A stretch of 64,000 nucleotides of DNA from positions 10,354,001 to 10,418,000 of the forward strand of contig OZ116700.1 of assembly GCA_964199315.1 (NCBI GenBank). Direction: 5' to 3'. This document shows, one piece after another, positions 1 to 12,600 of this stretch. The DNA comes from Orbicella franksi. Taxonomy: Eukaryota. The position numbers were made by a program, and so were the translations under genes. Position 1 is the first letter of the stretch. The number at the start of each line of letters is the position of its first letter. The notes under the pieces were generated by a model. That model was not told where the DNA came from, ran no database searches, and saw only the letters and a program-made list of their open reading frames with translations.

Positions 1-96
1 GCAATGGACCTACCGATACAGCATATGAAAAACACAAATTCAGGCATATAGTCCTAGTGATAAAACGCAAAAAGCTACATCTAAAGATAATCTTAC

Positions 97-153
97 CGGC
101 ACATGCTTGTATTGGGCAGCAGGTTTCATTTGAACCCTTTCCCGCTTTAGAAA
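97..153 (-). CDS. COPB2: COPB2 exon 25
   Basis: tcctgtag|[19 protein letters not shown]|gtaaga; aligns with the PAKQY region of beta'-COP. Confidence 0.85.
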
Positions 154-658
154 CTACAGGAAACAAAAGCAAAGAATATATAAAGTTACCATGCATTCAC
201 TTAAGTAACCTCATATCTAGTGCGCGCTGTAGCAATCAGTAGAAGACGTTTGATTTGTTCACAAAAAGAAGGCTTATAGCGGGGAACTTGATTCGCAGTA
301 TCTGTAGCAACTTGATTCACTTCCTTCACCATTAATGTTGGTCTGAAAGGCGACAAGCTTCGCTTTCTCTCTGCACTGTTTGTAGTTAGGAGTTAGTGAT
401 GGAACCAAGCCACTTCAGTTGGCTTGTTCCATTCACGAGTGCAGTGTATCGTTGTAATAGAGATTTAAAAAGCAGAGTTGTAACTCGAGCAGCCAACGTG
501 CTAGTATTATACCAATATGCTGGGGCCAACCATCTTAAGTTACCAATGTTCTTGTCTGGGAAAATCCTACTCTGATGCAATATTTACAAATGATTCGCTA
601 TTTACTGATAGCCATGAATAGCTCACTTGGGAAAAAAAAAAAAAAAAAAAAAAAAAAC

Positions 659-693
<35 letters not shown>

Positions 694-3600
694 CATAAAC
701 AAAGGAGAAAAAATAAAACACAAACAATGCAGAATCGGTAGACACAACTTTTAGTCTCACCTGCTCCGCCTGCAAAGCTTCCTGAAATTCAGGAAACAGA
801 TTCTCGTATTCAGAAGGATCCGCCAAAGAGTCGGCAGCCTTTTTGTTGACTTTACCTAAGTCTTCTTTCCACAATTTGACAATCCTAGCAAAAGAAAAAC
901 ACGCAAGCATTGAAAAGCATTGCAGTTAATAGAATCATTTAAAATGCAATGCAAATACGACATAAATTCAAATATGCACCACTGAGCAACAAACATCTGG
1001 AAGAACTTGAAAAACGGTTCACACTCCACGACTTAAAATGGGTTATCAAAGCTGAATTAGGTTGTTAAAATAGTTGTAGCAACTTGATTCACTTCCTTCA
1101 CCATTAACACAGGTTTGAAAGGCGAGAAGCTCCACTTTCTCTCTGCACTGTTTGTAGTTAGGAGTTAGTGATGGAACCAAGCCACTTCAGTTGACATGTA
1201 CCATTCACCAGTGCAGCATTATTGGGTGAGGGGTGAGGTGGGGGTGCGCTGAACTACGGGTCAACAGGTCCGGGGTAGAGCCCTGGCAGGGTTATTGTGT
1301 TGTTTTCTTGCATAAGAGCATATTGCCTCTCTCCACTCAGGTGTAAAATTGATGGGTACTGGGGAATTTAGTGCTGAGAGGTGTAACCCTGCGATGGACA
1401 GCCATCTCATTCAGTGGGGAGTAGAAATACTTCTAGTCGCTTAATACGCAAACCGGAAATAACCTCAAGTGGCTCAAGTGGTATGGACACGTTTATGTTC
1501 CACCATTTTGTTTTAAAAGAACATTTTCCAAAAAAAAGGGGGGGGGGTTTCTTCTTTCTTTCTGAATTATGAACCTGGCTACTGTTGTTATCAAAGGGCT
1601 TAATTACGTCTAACTTACTTTGACACATGGCTTGGTAAGTAGGTGCGAGCCATGAAGGCTGCTTCAGGGTACCGACCCGTGCTACACAGCAACTCTATGC
1701 CTTCTTCTAACCTAATTTTAAATTAAACATCATCGTTAACAAACAAATGTTGGGGACAAATGGTTAGGTTGACAATGAAGGTGGGAAAATGCGATCCCAC
1801 AAAGGTTCACCCCTAAAAACGTGACCAGCTGTGGTCGAACTTCTAATTTCTTTGAACAAACCTATCTTACGAAACGCACAACACCGTCATGAGTACATGC
1901 ATTTGTAGAAAGAACTGATACCTGCAGGAATAGCTTCCTTGATTAACAGAATGTATAGCACGAACAGGAACTATAATTTTATTTGAAGAAAATCTAAGAT
2001 ACAAAAAAAGTCTGAAAATTACAAAGAAGCCATTTTCACTAGCCTTTGTCACTTCCTGTCTGTTACTAGTTTTCTTGTTCAAAATCGAACTATAAAATCG
2101 AACCGTTACTGTTGGACTTCCCTTTAGAGCTTTCTTAAAAAAAAACATCTACCGGCTTTCGCTCTTTTTAAACCCTAAATCGTAAATAAAAAGTATTCTG
2201 TAGGCAATGCGTACAGCGTCTGCTGTATATCGTAAGTGGATACCCCTAACATTTTATAACCCCTTGGTACTAGGTTACAAGTTGTACTACATATCTACCT
2301 TCCGAGAAGGAAATAAGCCAAAAAGGCCACATTGTTCTTGCCCTTCTTAGCAGACGTCTCTGCGAGTCGTAGAATCATGTCAGCATCTCCTGCAGATGTG
2401 GCTAGAAGTAGCAAGCCTCCGAAATCCTGTGCATTAATCAGACACTCTTGAGCCAGCTGAAACTGACAATTGGAGATTGCCAGCTCTGCCAGCTGCTTCC
2501 ACTTGTGTTCACTCTGAAACAAGAAAAGATATATTTAAGTTAAAGAGAGTGGAAACAAGAAATCAGTTGTAACTGGGGGGAGGGGGGGGGGGGGAGGGGA
2601 GAGAGTGGGAAGGGCATTCTTTTATAGTTACCTCTGACTTGGACGCAATCTCGTAGGCGATCTTCAGCTCTGACAACTGTATTGCCAGGTCAAACCTACC
2701 GAGAGAAGAACAGAAAACTTGTTAGCTGAAAACTGCTTTTAAGTGTTGCTGTTCCTTACACCCGCATTCTGAAGTTCAAAGCCTAACTAATGATTGGGTT
2801 TTGAGCTGCTGTCAATCATACATACTGTAACTGTACGACCGCAGCATATGAACCTTAAAAATGAAGAAAACAAATCTGGATCTGTGAAGTGCATAGTTTG
2901 ATGTTGTCTTGGTCTACATGTATTTGATCCAGTTTGATTCAGTGATTCAGCATACCTTTACCGTACATCATGTCTCCAACACGGCTTTTTGGTTTTCTTT
3001 AAGGTAGAAACTCAGTTTTTGTTGTATCCGAATATGCAACTGTTTTCCACTTAAACTTAAAGCGGGAATTAGGGTACCGGAGTTGCACACTCTCGAAATG
3101 TAGGATGTATATATTTTTTGTAATGTCATGATGCTAATGATGAAGATTTATGTACTTCCTGGGCACAATGTACATGTAGCTACCTGTGCTCTGGATCACA
3201 AGACACTGCCAGCGCTTGTTGCTTGAAGCCTTGCTTCTCTAAGAAGTGAGCTACGCGATTCCTTTGGTCTCGAGGAATGGTCGGCAGCACCTGCATGAAA
3301 TAACAGTGACACATGTAAGTACTGCACTAAAGGTTTCATTTCTAATACCTGGTCAATCACAGGAATTTAAACCACAGACTTAAATGTAACAACACCAGCT
3401 TGAAAGCATAATAAACTGTACTACTTACAGTCTTCTACATATGGGTCATTGACCAACCGTGAGATCACGATGGCTGGATATTGGCCAAGTCCTTACTCTG
3501 TGTGTTTATAACTGGACAGAGTCAAGGTCTAAAAACTAAATGAGGCCAAAAAGAATGAGGCCAATATCCCGCCATCTTGACAGAACAAGTTTGATTAATA

Positions 3601-6600
3601 AAGGATTTATTATATGGACTTCAGGGAGATTCTTCTTGCAGGAAACAGCAGCTAGTCCCAAGCAGGCAAGATAGCTCCATCTTGTCCGCTCAGGTAGCCA
3701 ATCATCGCGCAGGATTTGGTTCATCTTGCCCACTCACAAAGCTACAGCGTAGCCATATAATAAATGAAAGTATTGCTCAATAGCTTTCATAATTTTGAAT
3801 GGTCACGCACTACAGTAGGGTGTCATTCACGGAGTGACCTGAAAGTGACAGCTTGTACAAGATACAGCAAAACTAAAGAACGTGAAAGTTCATGTACTGC
3901 CCAGCAACTTTCATATCAAATTTTAAGACTAGACATACATGTACAAAGACACATTTATAGTACATGCACCTGCTTAGCTGTCTCAAAGTCTTGTCTCATC
4001 ACAGCTGTCTGGTACTCCAGGACCGACAGCAGCAGGGAGTAACCAACAACATTCATATCCTTGTCACTCAAGTAAAGCCTGTTGTCTTTGGGGATGTAGC
4101 CAAGAATGTACATTGTCCTAAACAAACCAGGAACAGACCAAGTCAATAAACACAGCAGTGAATAGTCTGTCAACTTTCAACTTTATTGGTCACAAAATTA
4201 CAATATAATTGCAACCCATACACATGTGTATGCAGTTTTGTTTGAACACCTTTCTAGTTGTAGTTGGGTCCAATGGAATGTTAAGTGATTTATATCACCT
4301 AGTGTACAAAATAACTGTAGCAGCTTGATTCACTTCCTTCACCATTAATGTAGGTTTGAAAGGCGACAAGCTTCACTTACTCTCTGCACCAATTGTATTT
4401 AGGAGTTAGTGATGGAATCAAGCCAGTTCAATTGACATATTCCAATTACGAGTGCAACCCTTTCATTATGAAAATAGGTTCAACTAATTATAAATAGTAT
4501 AGCCGACCTATTCATCTACTGAAGATATGGTTCACAACAAATACATGTACATGTATCTAGAAATTGCAACTGCCATTGTACATACATGTAACACAAACTA
4601 CAGTGCAAATAATGTGAGTGAGTGAGAACTGTATTAAAGTGTCCAAAACCTTATAGCCCGGAAATAATACACTATAATATGGGAAAATGCATGCACAGAT
4701 GACAAATTTTATAAATGCACCACAAACCTGTCTAGGTGAGCAATGGTAACAATTTCACCTCCAACGTAATAGTTGAGACGGTTCACAGCATTAGTGTAGA
4801 TAAAACAGTCTCCAACCCAAATGCCAGTCTTGACACAGTCTTCTATTTCCCCACAAACCTAATATGCACAAGGAGAAACATTCTTCATTGACATCACAAC
4901 TATAACCCACATACATTGCTGTACTAATGCAAAACAGACTATTCACTATTATGATCCCACTTACACTGTATAACTCAATTTTTCTTGTTGTAAAAAAATC
5001 AAGCCACTGACAGAATATTTTACCATTTGATTATGTGTACCACATTTAACTCTTATTATTAAACACTTGATCATTGGATAAGACATTTCAATAGTTTTCA
5101 TTGGTTTAGTCATGATGGTATTTGAGCAGTTACACCATTCTCCACAAATATGGTGAGCATACGTGTAAATTTTTGGTGCGTTTTTATTTTATTTTACTCT
5201 AGTTTCCTATATTTTGGGGGCGTTTTTAATAAAAACAATTATTCCAATAGCACTTGTTGGTTATGAGATGAATATAGCCACCTTGGTGCTACGGGCCTTG
5301 TTGTCTATCTACTGTCTCATATCCAATGCACGCTCATGGAATAATAATTATTGTGAGATAATCAAATTGAATAACTAACATGTACAGTACAATGTATATT
5401 ATTGAACNNNNNNNNNNNNNNNNNNNNNNNNNNNNNNNNNNNNNNNNNNNNNNNNNNNNNNNNNNNNNNNNNNNNNNNNNNNNNNNNNNNNNNNNNNNNN
5501 NNNNNNNNNNNNNNNNNNNNNNNNNNNNNNNNNNNNNNNNNNNNNNNNNNNNNNNNNNNNNNNNNNNNNNNNNNNNNNNNNNNNNNNNNNNNNNNNNNNN
5601 NNNNNNNNNNNNNNNNATTTCACCAGTGAGCCTGGGGCTCATTTTAATGTGAACGTGTATCCTAAAATTAAAATGTAAAATTTAAATATGTTACAGTATC
5701 TATTCAATAAAAATACAAAAACTAGACTATAAAATTTAAAATTGAAAAACTAAACTATAAAATTTAACTAGACTACAAAAATTTAAATATGTAAACTAAT
5801 AGATACAAAGATTACAGCCACAATTGGCCTCTGTAGTCAGATTAACATTGTTCAGTAAGTTTTTAAAAATTCTAAGAGAGGACACTCCTCTTATATTGTC
5901 AGGTAGGTTGTTCCATAAACATGAAGTTATGTAGCGATAAGATTTATGCAAATACTTTGATTTAAAGGTAGGCTGATTAAGCTTACAATAGCCTCTTACG
6001 TCATAACTGCTAGAACGCAATGAGAACAATTCCTTGATGTAGTTTGGCCCCGTGATAAATAAAGATTTTTAAAGAAGGATTAGGGCTTGCATGTATCTGC
6101 AATGCTCCAGGGACTTGATGTTTACTATCTAAATGACCTACATGTACCTATACTGTATAGTAGGGGTTTCATTAACATTTTCAGCAGAAGTGCAACTGGG
6201 GTTAGTAGGGGTTTCATTAACATTTTCAGCAGAAGTGCAACTGGGGTTCTCAGGCAGGCAAAACTTTTTGAACTGAACTTCATTTTAAGAAAAACTTTCC
6301 TCTACCTGTAAATGGTTAAACCAGGTGGGCAAAATCATTCTCACAGTCAGTCAACTTGCCCGGTGCCAGCCCTTAATGAAACCCCTGCCTATAGCCAATA
6401 ATTATTTGCAGCCTTGCTTTATGTGTACCACACTATTGTGCCACTTAAAGAACTGAATAACTAGCATGCACCATTTACATTGTAGATGCACAAAAATTAC
6501 GGTAATCTTACATCAAAAGCATCCTCGATGCCATCTTCAGTCATGACCTCTGGTGTTTCCTGTGCTTTAGCAACATTTTCAGCACTATACTTGAGAATAA

Positions 6601-9600
6601 AGAATGACTCATCTGTTGCTATACAGCATAGCTCACCACTATCAGCCCAGTAGATCTGTAATCATGGAAAGAGGAAAGAGTTCATATTACACTTCTCAAA
6701 CTCATTAATAATTCATCCAATTAAAGCAAAGAAAAACACAACCATGGAGGAGGTCTGGATACCATGTTTTAATTAGAATAGATTTTGACAATTTTACTTC
6801 TCCATTTACTCCATAGTTTTTGTTTCAATTGAGAAGATAATATATCAAACACTCGAGACAGTGTTTCATCAGCTATCCGAACACCTCGAATTTCATTAAA
6901 AATACTCCGCTGCAGGTCCTATTTTCAATTCCCTTCTCAGTGTTTGGATAACCCAATGAAACACTGTCTCTCATGTTTGATATATTACTTCTCATTTACA
7001 TGTAGCATACATGGTATGAACTAATATTACACTGCCCATACAGCAGTATGTATGTAGTATGCATGTATGTATGCAGCTTTCAACTGAGTGGCGTAAAACC
7101 AAAACCAAAACCAAGTAACCACTCTAGCCAATCACAAAGGTCATAGAAAATCCAGTGAACCAATCAAAACTGAACGTAATTACCTGTAGCTGATGCAAAG
7201 CGCAAGAATACGAGGGCAAGCGAGTCGCAATTGGTTATGGTTTTACTTCTGATTGGATGAAAAAGTGGTGTGAGTTCTTTAGGCCAATCATGTAGCATAG
7301 ATGATGCAAAACCAATTAGTTATTAACACTCAAATGAAAATCACTCACTGAAAAGTTTCTACTTAAATGCAGTTATGCAATGGGCATACTTTGCTTTCAC
7401 AGAATTTGTATGATTTGCAGTTTGAATTAGACAACTTACACTCTTAGGCTGAATTTCAATCCTACGGACTAGATCTGTGCTCTCCCAGTCAAAGAAAGCC
7501 AGCCCACTAACAGACTTCACTCCAAGAAGATGACCACCATAGATATCTGAGAAAAAAGACAAATAAAGCTTAATCAAAGCATAACTGTACCTGTATGTGT
7601 GCAAGGGCATTCACATCTCAACAAAACTACATTTCGCTAGCATTTAACAAACACTACTTAAGCTACTAGTCTACTAACCTCAGATACTACAGCTAGCCTA
7701 CTACACATGTATCCTTAAAGTTTCCAGTTTCTAAACACTGCATATTGCACAATAGTTCTCGCTACAATCTGCACATGTACATCCTTGTCATGATAGAAAC
7801 CTTGTCTGCTAACTTTCAAGATGTATATGTAACTGTTTTTCTTTTGTTTGTTTTAGTAATTTTTTTTTTGGCTTTTCTTTAGACAAACTTGATGTACAAT
7901 TTACAGGGGTGTATATCATGGCAGATTGATGGATGGATAGGTCTGACAGAGATACTGTCTTGGTACTCACTTTCTGCCCCATACTCAGGCTTGAAAGATT
8001 TCCTTTCTTTAAAATTCTTGAAGATCTTGATTTTGTTTCCATCCCTTATTGCATATCTGGATGAGACGAGAACAAAGACACATGGATTAACAAAGACATA
8101 AATAAGCATACCAGTTGTTTCACAATCTAGATCTTCATGTACAGTAGCTACATGTAACTGCATTTACAAAATGAAAATGCCTTGTTGAACCTATCTGACA
8201 CAAAGGAGTACAAAAGTGAAATAAACATAGCACAACTAGTCAAAGTGGTCTGTCAATTGTACTGTATACACTGAAATACAGTGGATACGTGTACAACTAC
8301 ATTAAGAGTGCAAAGTGTTTTGCGGAAGTAGATTATCTAGTGCCCTTTCATCACTTTACAGTTTGCTACAAACAGTAGTCACACAGTGCATGTGCATGTA
8401 CAGTACATACTCAGAGGAATCAGAGGCCCAAACAAATTCCTGAGCTGATCCAAAACTCTTGTTCCTCAGTGCCATAGCTGTGTAAATGATGTACTCTCCA
8501 TCCCCACAAACAACCACAAACCTGCCAAAAGAGACAAATTAAACTTCAAAAGATGGCTATATTTTGAAAGTCACAATAAACAAAATTTACAGCTAAGACT
8601 ATGTTTGTCTACTGGGTATTTTTTTTTTTTATGGATTTAACTGATTTATTGTAAAAAGCCATTGAACCATTGGGAAATGGCCCTTTATAAATCTTAATAC
8701 CAGTATTATTAATAATTATTATTACTCAGTCTCCTCTCCAAGGCCCTAACTGGGCTCTGCAATCTGGGTACACCAGTCCAACTCCAACCACATGACTGGG
8801 AGGGGGTCAAAATCCTTGACAATGGGATTGTGGACATTACAGTGTATCAGACACCTACAGCTATAGTGTCACATCAGACACCAATATCTAACTTTAATAG
8901 AGATGGTGGCTCCAGATTACCAGCCATTTTTAACAACTTGTTGTCACAGGCCTGAATACACATGTACACAAAGCCTTGTGATTTTTAGGATTTTTCACAT
9001 GTTCCAAAGCAAACAGGGTCTACATGTACAAAACTTCATGTCTTTCCCAAAATCAGAAGTCATCCATACCTTCCATTTGGATTATGAGACAAGGTTTGAG
9101 GAAACATCTCACAAGGTCCCATGTCTTTGATGGCCAGAGGCAGGCGCTCACCATCTTTAACATCATAATCTAATTTTAAAAATATCAGTAAACACTATAA
9201 GCAGATTTGTAATACCATGGACATGAACAGGAACAATGTGTATACATGTAAAAATAAACAATAACACAAAGACACTGTATGTTCATCACTGATTATTCAT
9301 GTACCATAAATTTGAATTCTCTCTGTAGACACAACTGAATAAACACACATGTACAGGTGTGAACATGAACAGCACCTGACTGTCACGAACAAATTATTGC
9401 ATTTTACTGTACATAAGACCCATGTTTACACTTACCAGCCACATTTTTAAGATTAGCCTGTTGAATTTCGCTGTGCTTGGCAAAAATAATTTTACCATTG
9501 GAATCCATGGACATGGCTGGCTCTTCCCGTCCAAGCTAAAGGATAAGTTACATGTTCAGTCAACACCAATATGGATGAAGTGGCAATTTAAGCCACAAAT

Positions 9601-12600
9601 ACTGAGATAAAAGTATATAATTTTAAAGGCAACACAGTTGACAAACCTTGATAAGAATACTTCCTTCATCATATCCAAGGGCAACATTGTTTGACCCCTT
9701 GAACATGGCCATACTCCAAACCCTCTCAAGACCATAATTCAGGGTGCTCTCCAGTCGGTAAGTGTTTGCTTGCCAAATGCGTACAGTGCCTAAAGGGTGC
9801 AATAAACAGTAGAATCAGGTAATTACATGTAACAATTTAAGCATCAATTACCAGACAGAATATAATAATTATCTGATAGTTACATGTACATTCTTCTGAA
9901 CAAATACATGCACTGCTCAAATGAATCATTGCATTGAAACATAATTTGCTTTGACTGTTTTTGATTGTTCAATATTTTGGAAAAGCAAAAAAAGAGGGAA
10001 AAAACAGCTTTGATCAGTTTTAACTATCCAAGGCATCTTTTTCTTTTGTTTTTGTCTCCAAAAACGATGAGACATAATATCAAAAAGTAAAAATGTTCTC
10101 TGGTTGAAAGATTAAAAACACAAGCTTTCAGCTTTGGAACATAGCAAGCAATCCTGAGCATGCGAAAGAGCCCTACATGTATCTTGCCCTCCCAGGTAGC
10201 CAGTCACAGTAAACGATTTGGTTCATCTTGCCTGCTTGTGAAGCTACATGTACATGTACATGTACATGTACATGTACCAATGAAATAGTTACTCTCTAAA
10301 CGTGTATGCTGAAGTTGTACAGGTCCATGTATTTTGAAAAACTTATATGCAGTTTTATAAAACAAACACAAAACCAAAGCACAGACAATATACTACAGTA
10401 CATGAGCACATGTTCATGTTACACATATTATTTCCACTAGTCAGTGAAAACAACTCCACATTATCTTGCAGCCAAATTTAGCGATCATCGTCGAGTATAT
10501 TATTGATTCTTTGTGGCAACATGGTCTTGAAAGAACATGTATAGGTATTATACTTTTACTGCCACCACTGTAAAATAATCTGTGTCAAAATACCAGGAGC
10601 TTTTTTACATACCATCCTCTGAACCAGTCAAAATTATGGGCAATTCTGGGTGAAATCCAACACAAGAGATGTTCTGGGCATGACCTTCAAGTGTTTGCAC
10701 ACAAGTTTTGTTCTGGAACATAACCAACAACCAATTCAGAAAAGAAACTTAGAAAGCAAAATTTAACAACTACTACATGGACACCGTACATGTACAAAAA
10801 AAAAAAAACTAATTAAACATAAAAACAAACCTGATAGTCCCATATCTTTACCAGTCTATCATCAGCACCAGATATTAGATATGGCTTCTCACCACCATGG
10901 AAATAATCCACACAATTTACACCCTGCAATACAATGATAACAAGACACACTTTGAGTAACCATAATAAATATTATTATATAAACATGTATATACATGCAA
11001 GGTCATTTAGCAATGTTCACTTGACACAATATTACAGATATTTTACAAAATACATGTACATACATTGGAAATTATAATATTAAAATTAATAAAAAGTTTA
11101 CTTAATGTCCCATTAATTAAGCACATAGACCTGTATACTGTATATACCTTTTCATGTCCTTCTAGAGTGAAGTTAGGAGTGTTGGATCCAAGCTGCCACA
11201 CCTGAAAAGGAAATGTAAATTAATTTTCAAGATGGTACATGTAAAACAGTCAAATTTTCATATACGACTGTAATGGTGTTGTAGCTCAGGGGGGCTGGCC
11301 AAGCATTATCTCAAATTAACTTCTCATATGTGGGCCCCAAGCGGGGTCTAAACATTTAAACTTTTACTGAACAAATTAATGGAAATTAATTCCTTGCGCA
11401 GGTTCAAAACATGCACAAGATGCCAAAAGTCAGTCACCTCCTGGCAACCAGCCTTGAAATTCTGGTCATCATTTCAAACCCTGCCTAGTACCTTGCACAT
11501 AATACATGTATGTATACCCAGTATGGTTGAAATTGTGGCTCAGTACAGATGACACAATGTAATACACAGAAGGTACATGTAGAGCAGGACCATTACACTA
11601 CAAAGTTTATCTACAACACAGCGCATTAAGGAGAAACATTTTTGTGAGCAGACCTACACGAACAGATGTACAAGTCATGTATACAATGCCTTTTGTTTTC
11701 TTCCTTACTGTAAAAGGATCTTAGTCAATTGAACACAGTGTTGTTATAATGAGTAGAATAGAGAGTAACTAAGTAAACACTTTATTTAGTGAGGATAACA
11801 CTGGCTAAAAACTAATAAACTTCCTCAAATAATCAAAATTATCAGACATCTACATGTAGCTTAGCAGAATAGTGTGCCTCTGATGGTGATTTTGCTGGCA
11901 GCTGGCTTTTTTAGACAACCATGTGTACATTACAAATTGTGAATGTACATTGTAATTCTGACTAGCTCAGTGCTATACACAGGTTACACTTTACCTTGAT
12001 TGTTCTGTCTAAGGAAGCACTAGCAAACTGGTTGTTATCCTTTGGATTGATGACAATTTGCATCACATAATGGGTGTGGCCCTCAAACACTTGAGTGCAC
12101 TGCCATTTTTTATCCCAGTCCCATAGTTTGATCAACATATCATCTGCAGAAAGACCAATTACAAAAATAAGATTACAACAGCTGTAATGCAATTTTAATT
12201 GAAGCTACAAGTACACTTAATATTTCTCTTGGCACAATACAAATATTACATTTAAGTTGATTAACAACTGCATCGCAAAATGGAGGCTGGGTGCCTGTGA
12301 TATCCAGGAGCTTCCACTATTGGCAGCCAGCTCCTAGATGGAGACTGCTCCCATGGCTGGCAAATCCTGGCAAGCCAGCCATGAGCCCCCACGCAGAAGG
12401 GAGAGCAGGCACCCGTCACACTGTGTGAACAGTGGAAAAGAGGGAGGGAAATGGGGGGGAGGGAGGAAGCCTTGAAGATGAGGTCCCATGAACTGCCACG
12501 CAAATAACACGCTAGCGCCTGTAACGCTAAACACACTTCAGTCAAAGAGCACATGGGATCTGGCGCATGCCCATGTATGAAACGCCGCTGACTCCAGACA

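Noticed and set aside
386-580. 64-aa minus ORF as a possible terminal COPB2 exon
   Set aside because: It overlaps snoRNA copy 1 and has no beta'-COP similarity; the true next exon is 97-153.
2575-2614. G-rich tract in COPB2 intron 21 (possible G-quadruplex)
   Set aside because: Simple low-complexity run; single instance with no support for function.
5334-5652. ORFs spanning the N gap
   Set aside because: Artefacts of translating N.
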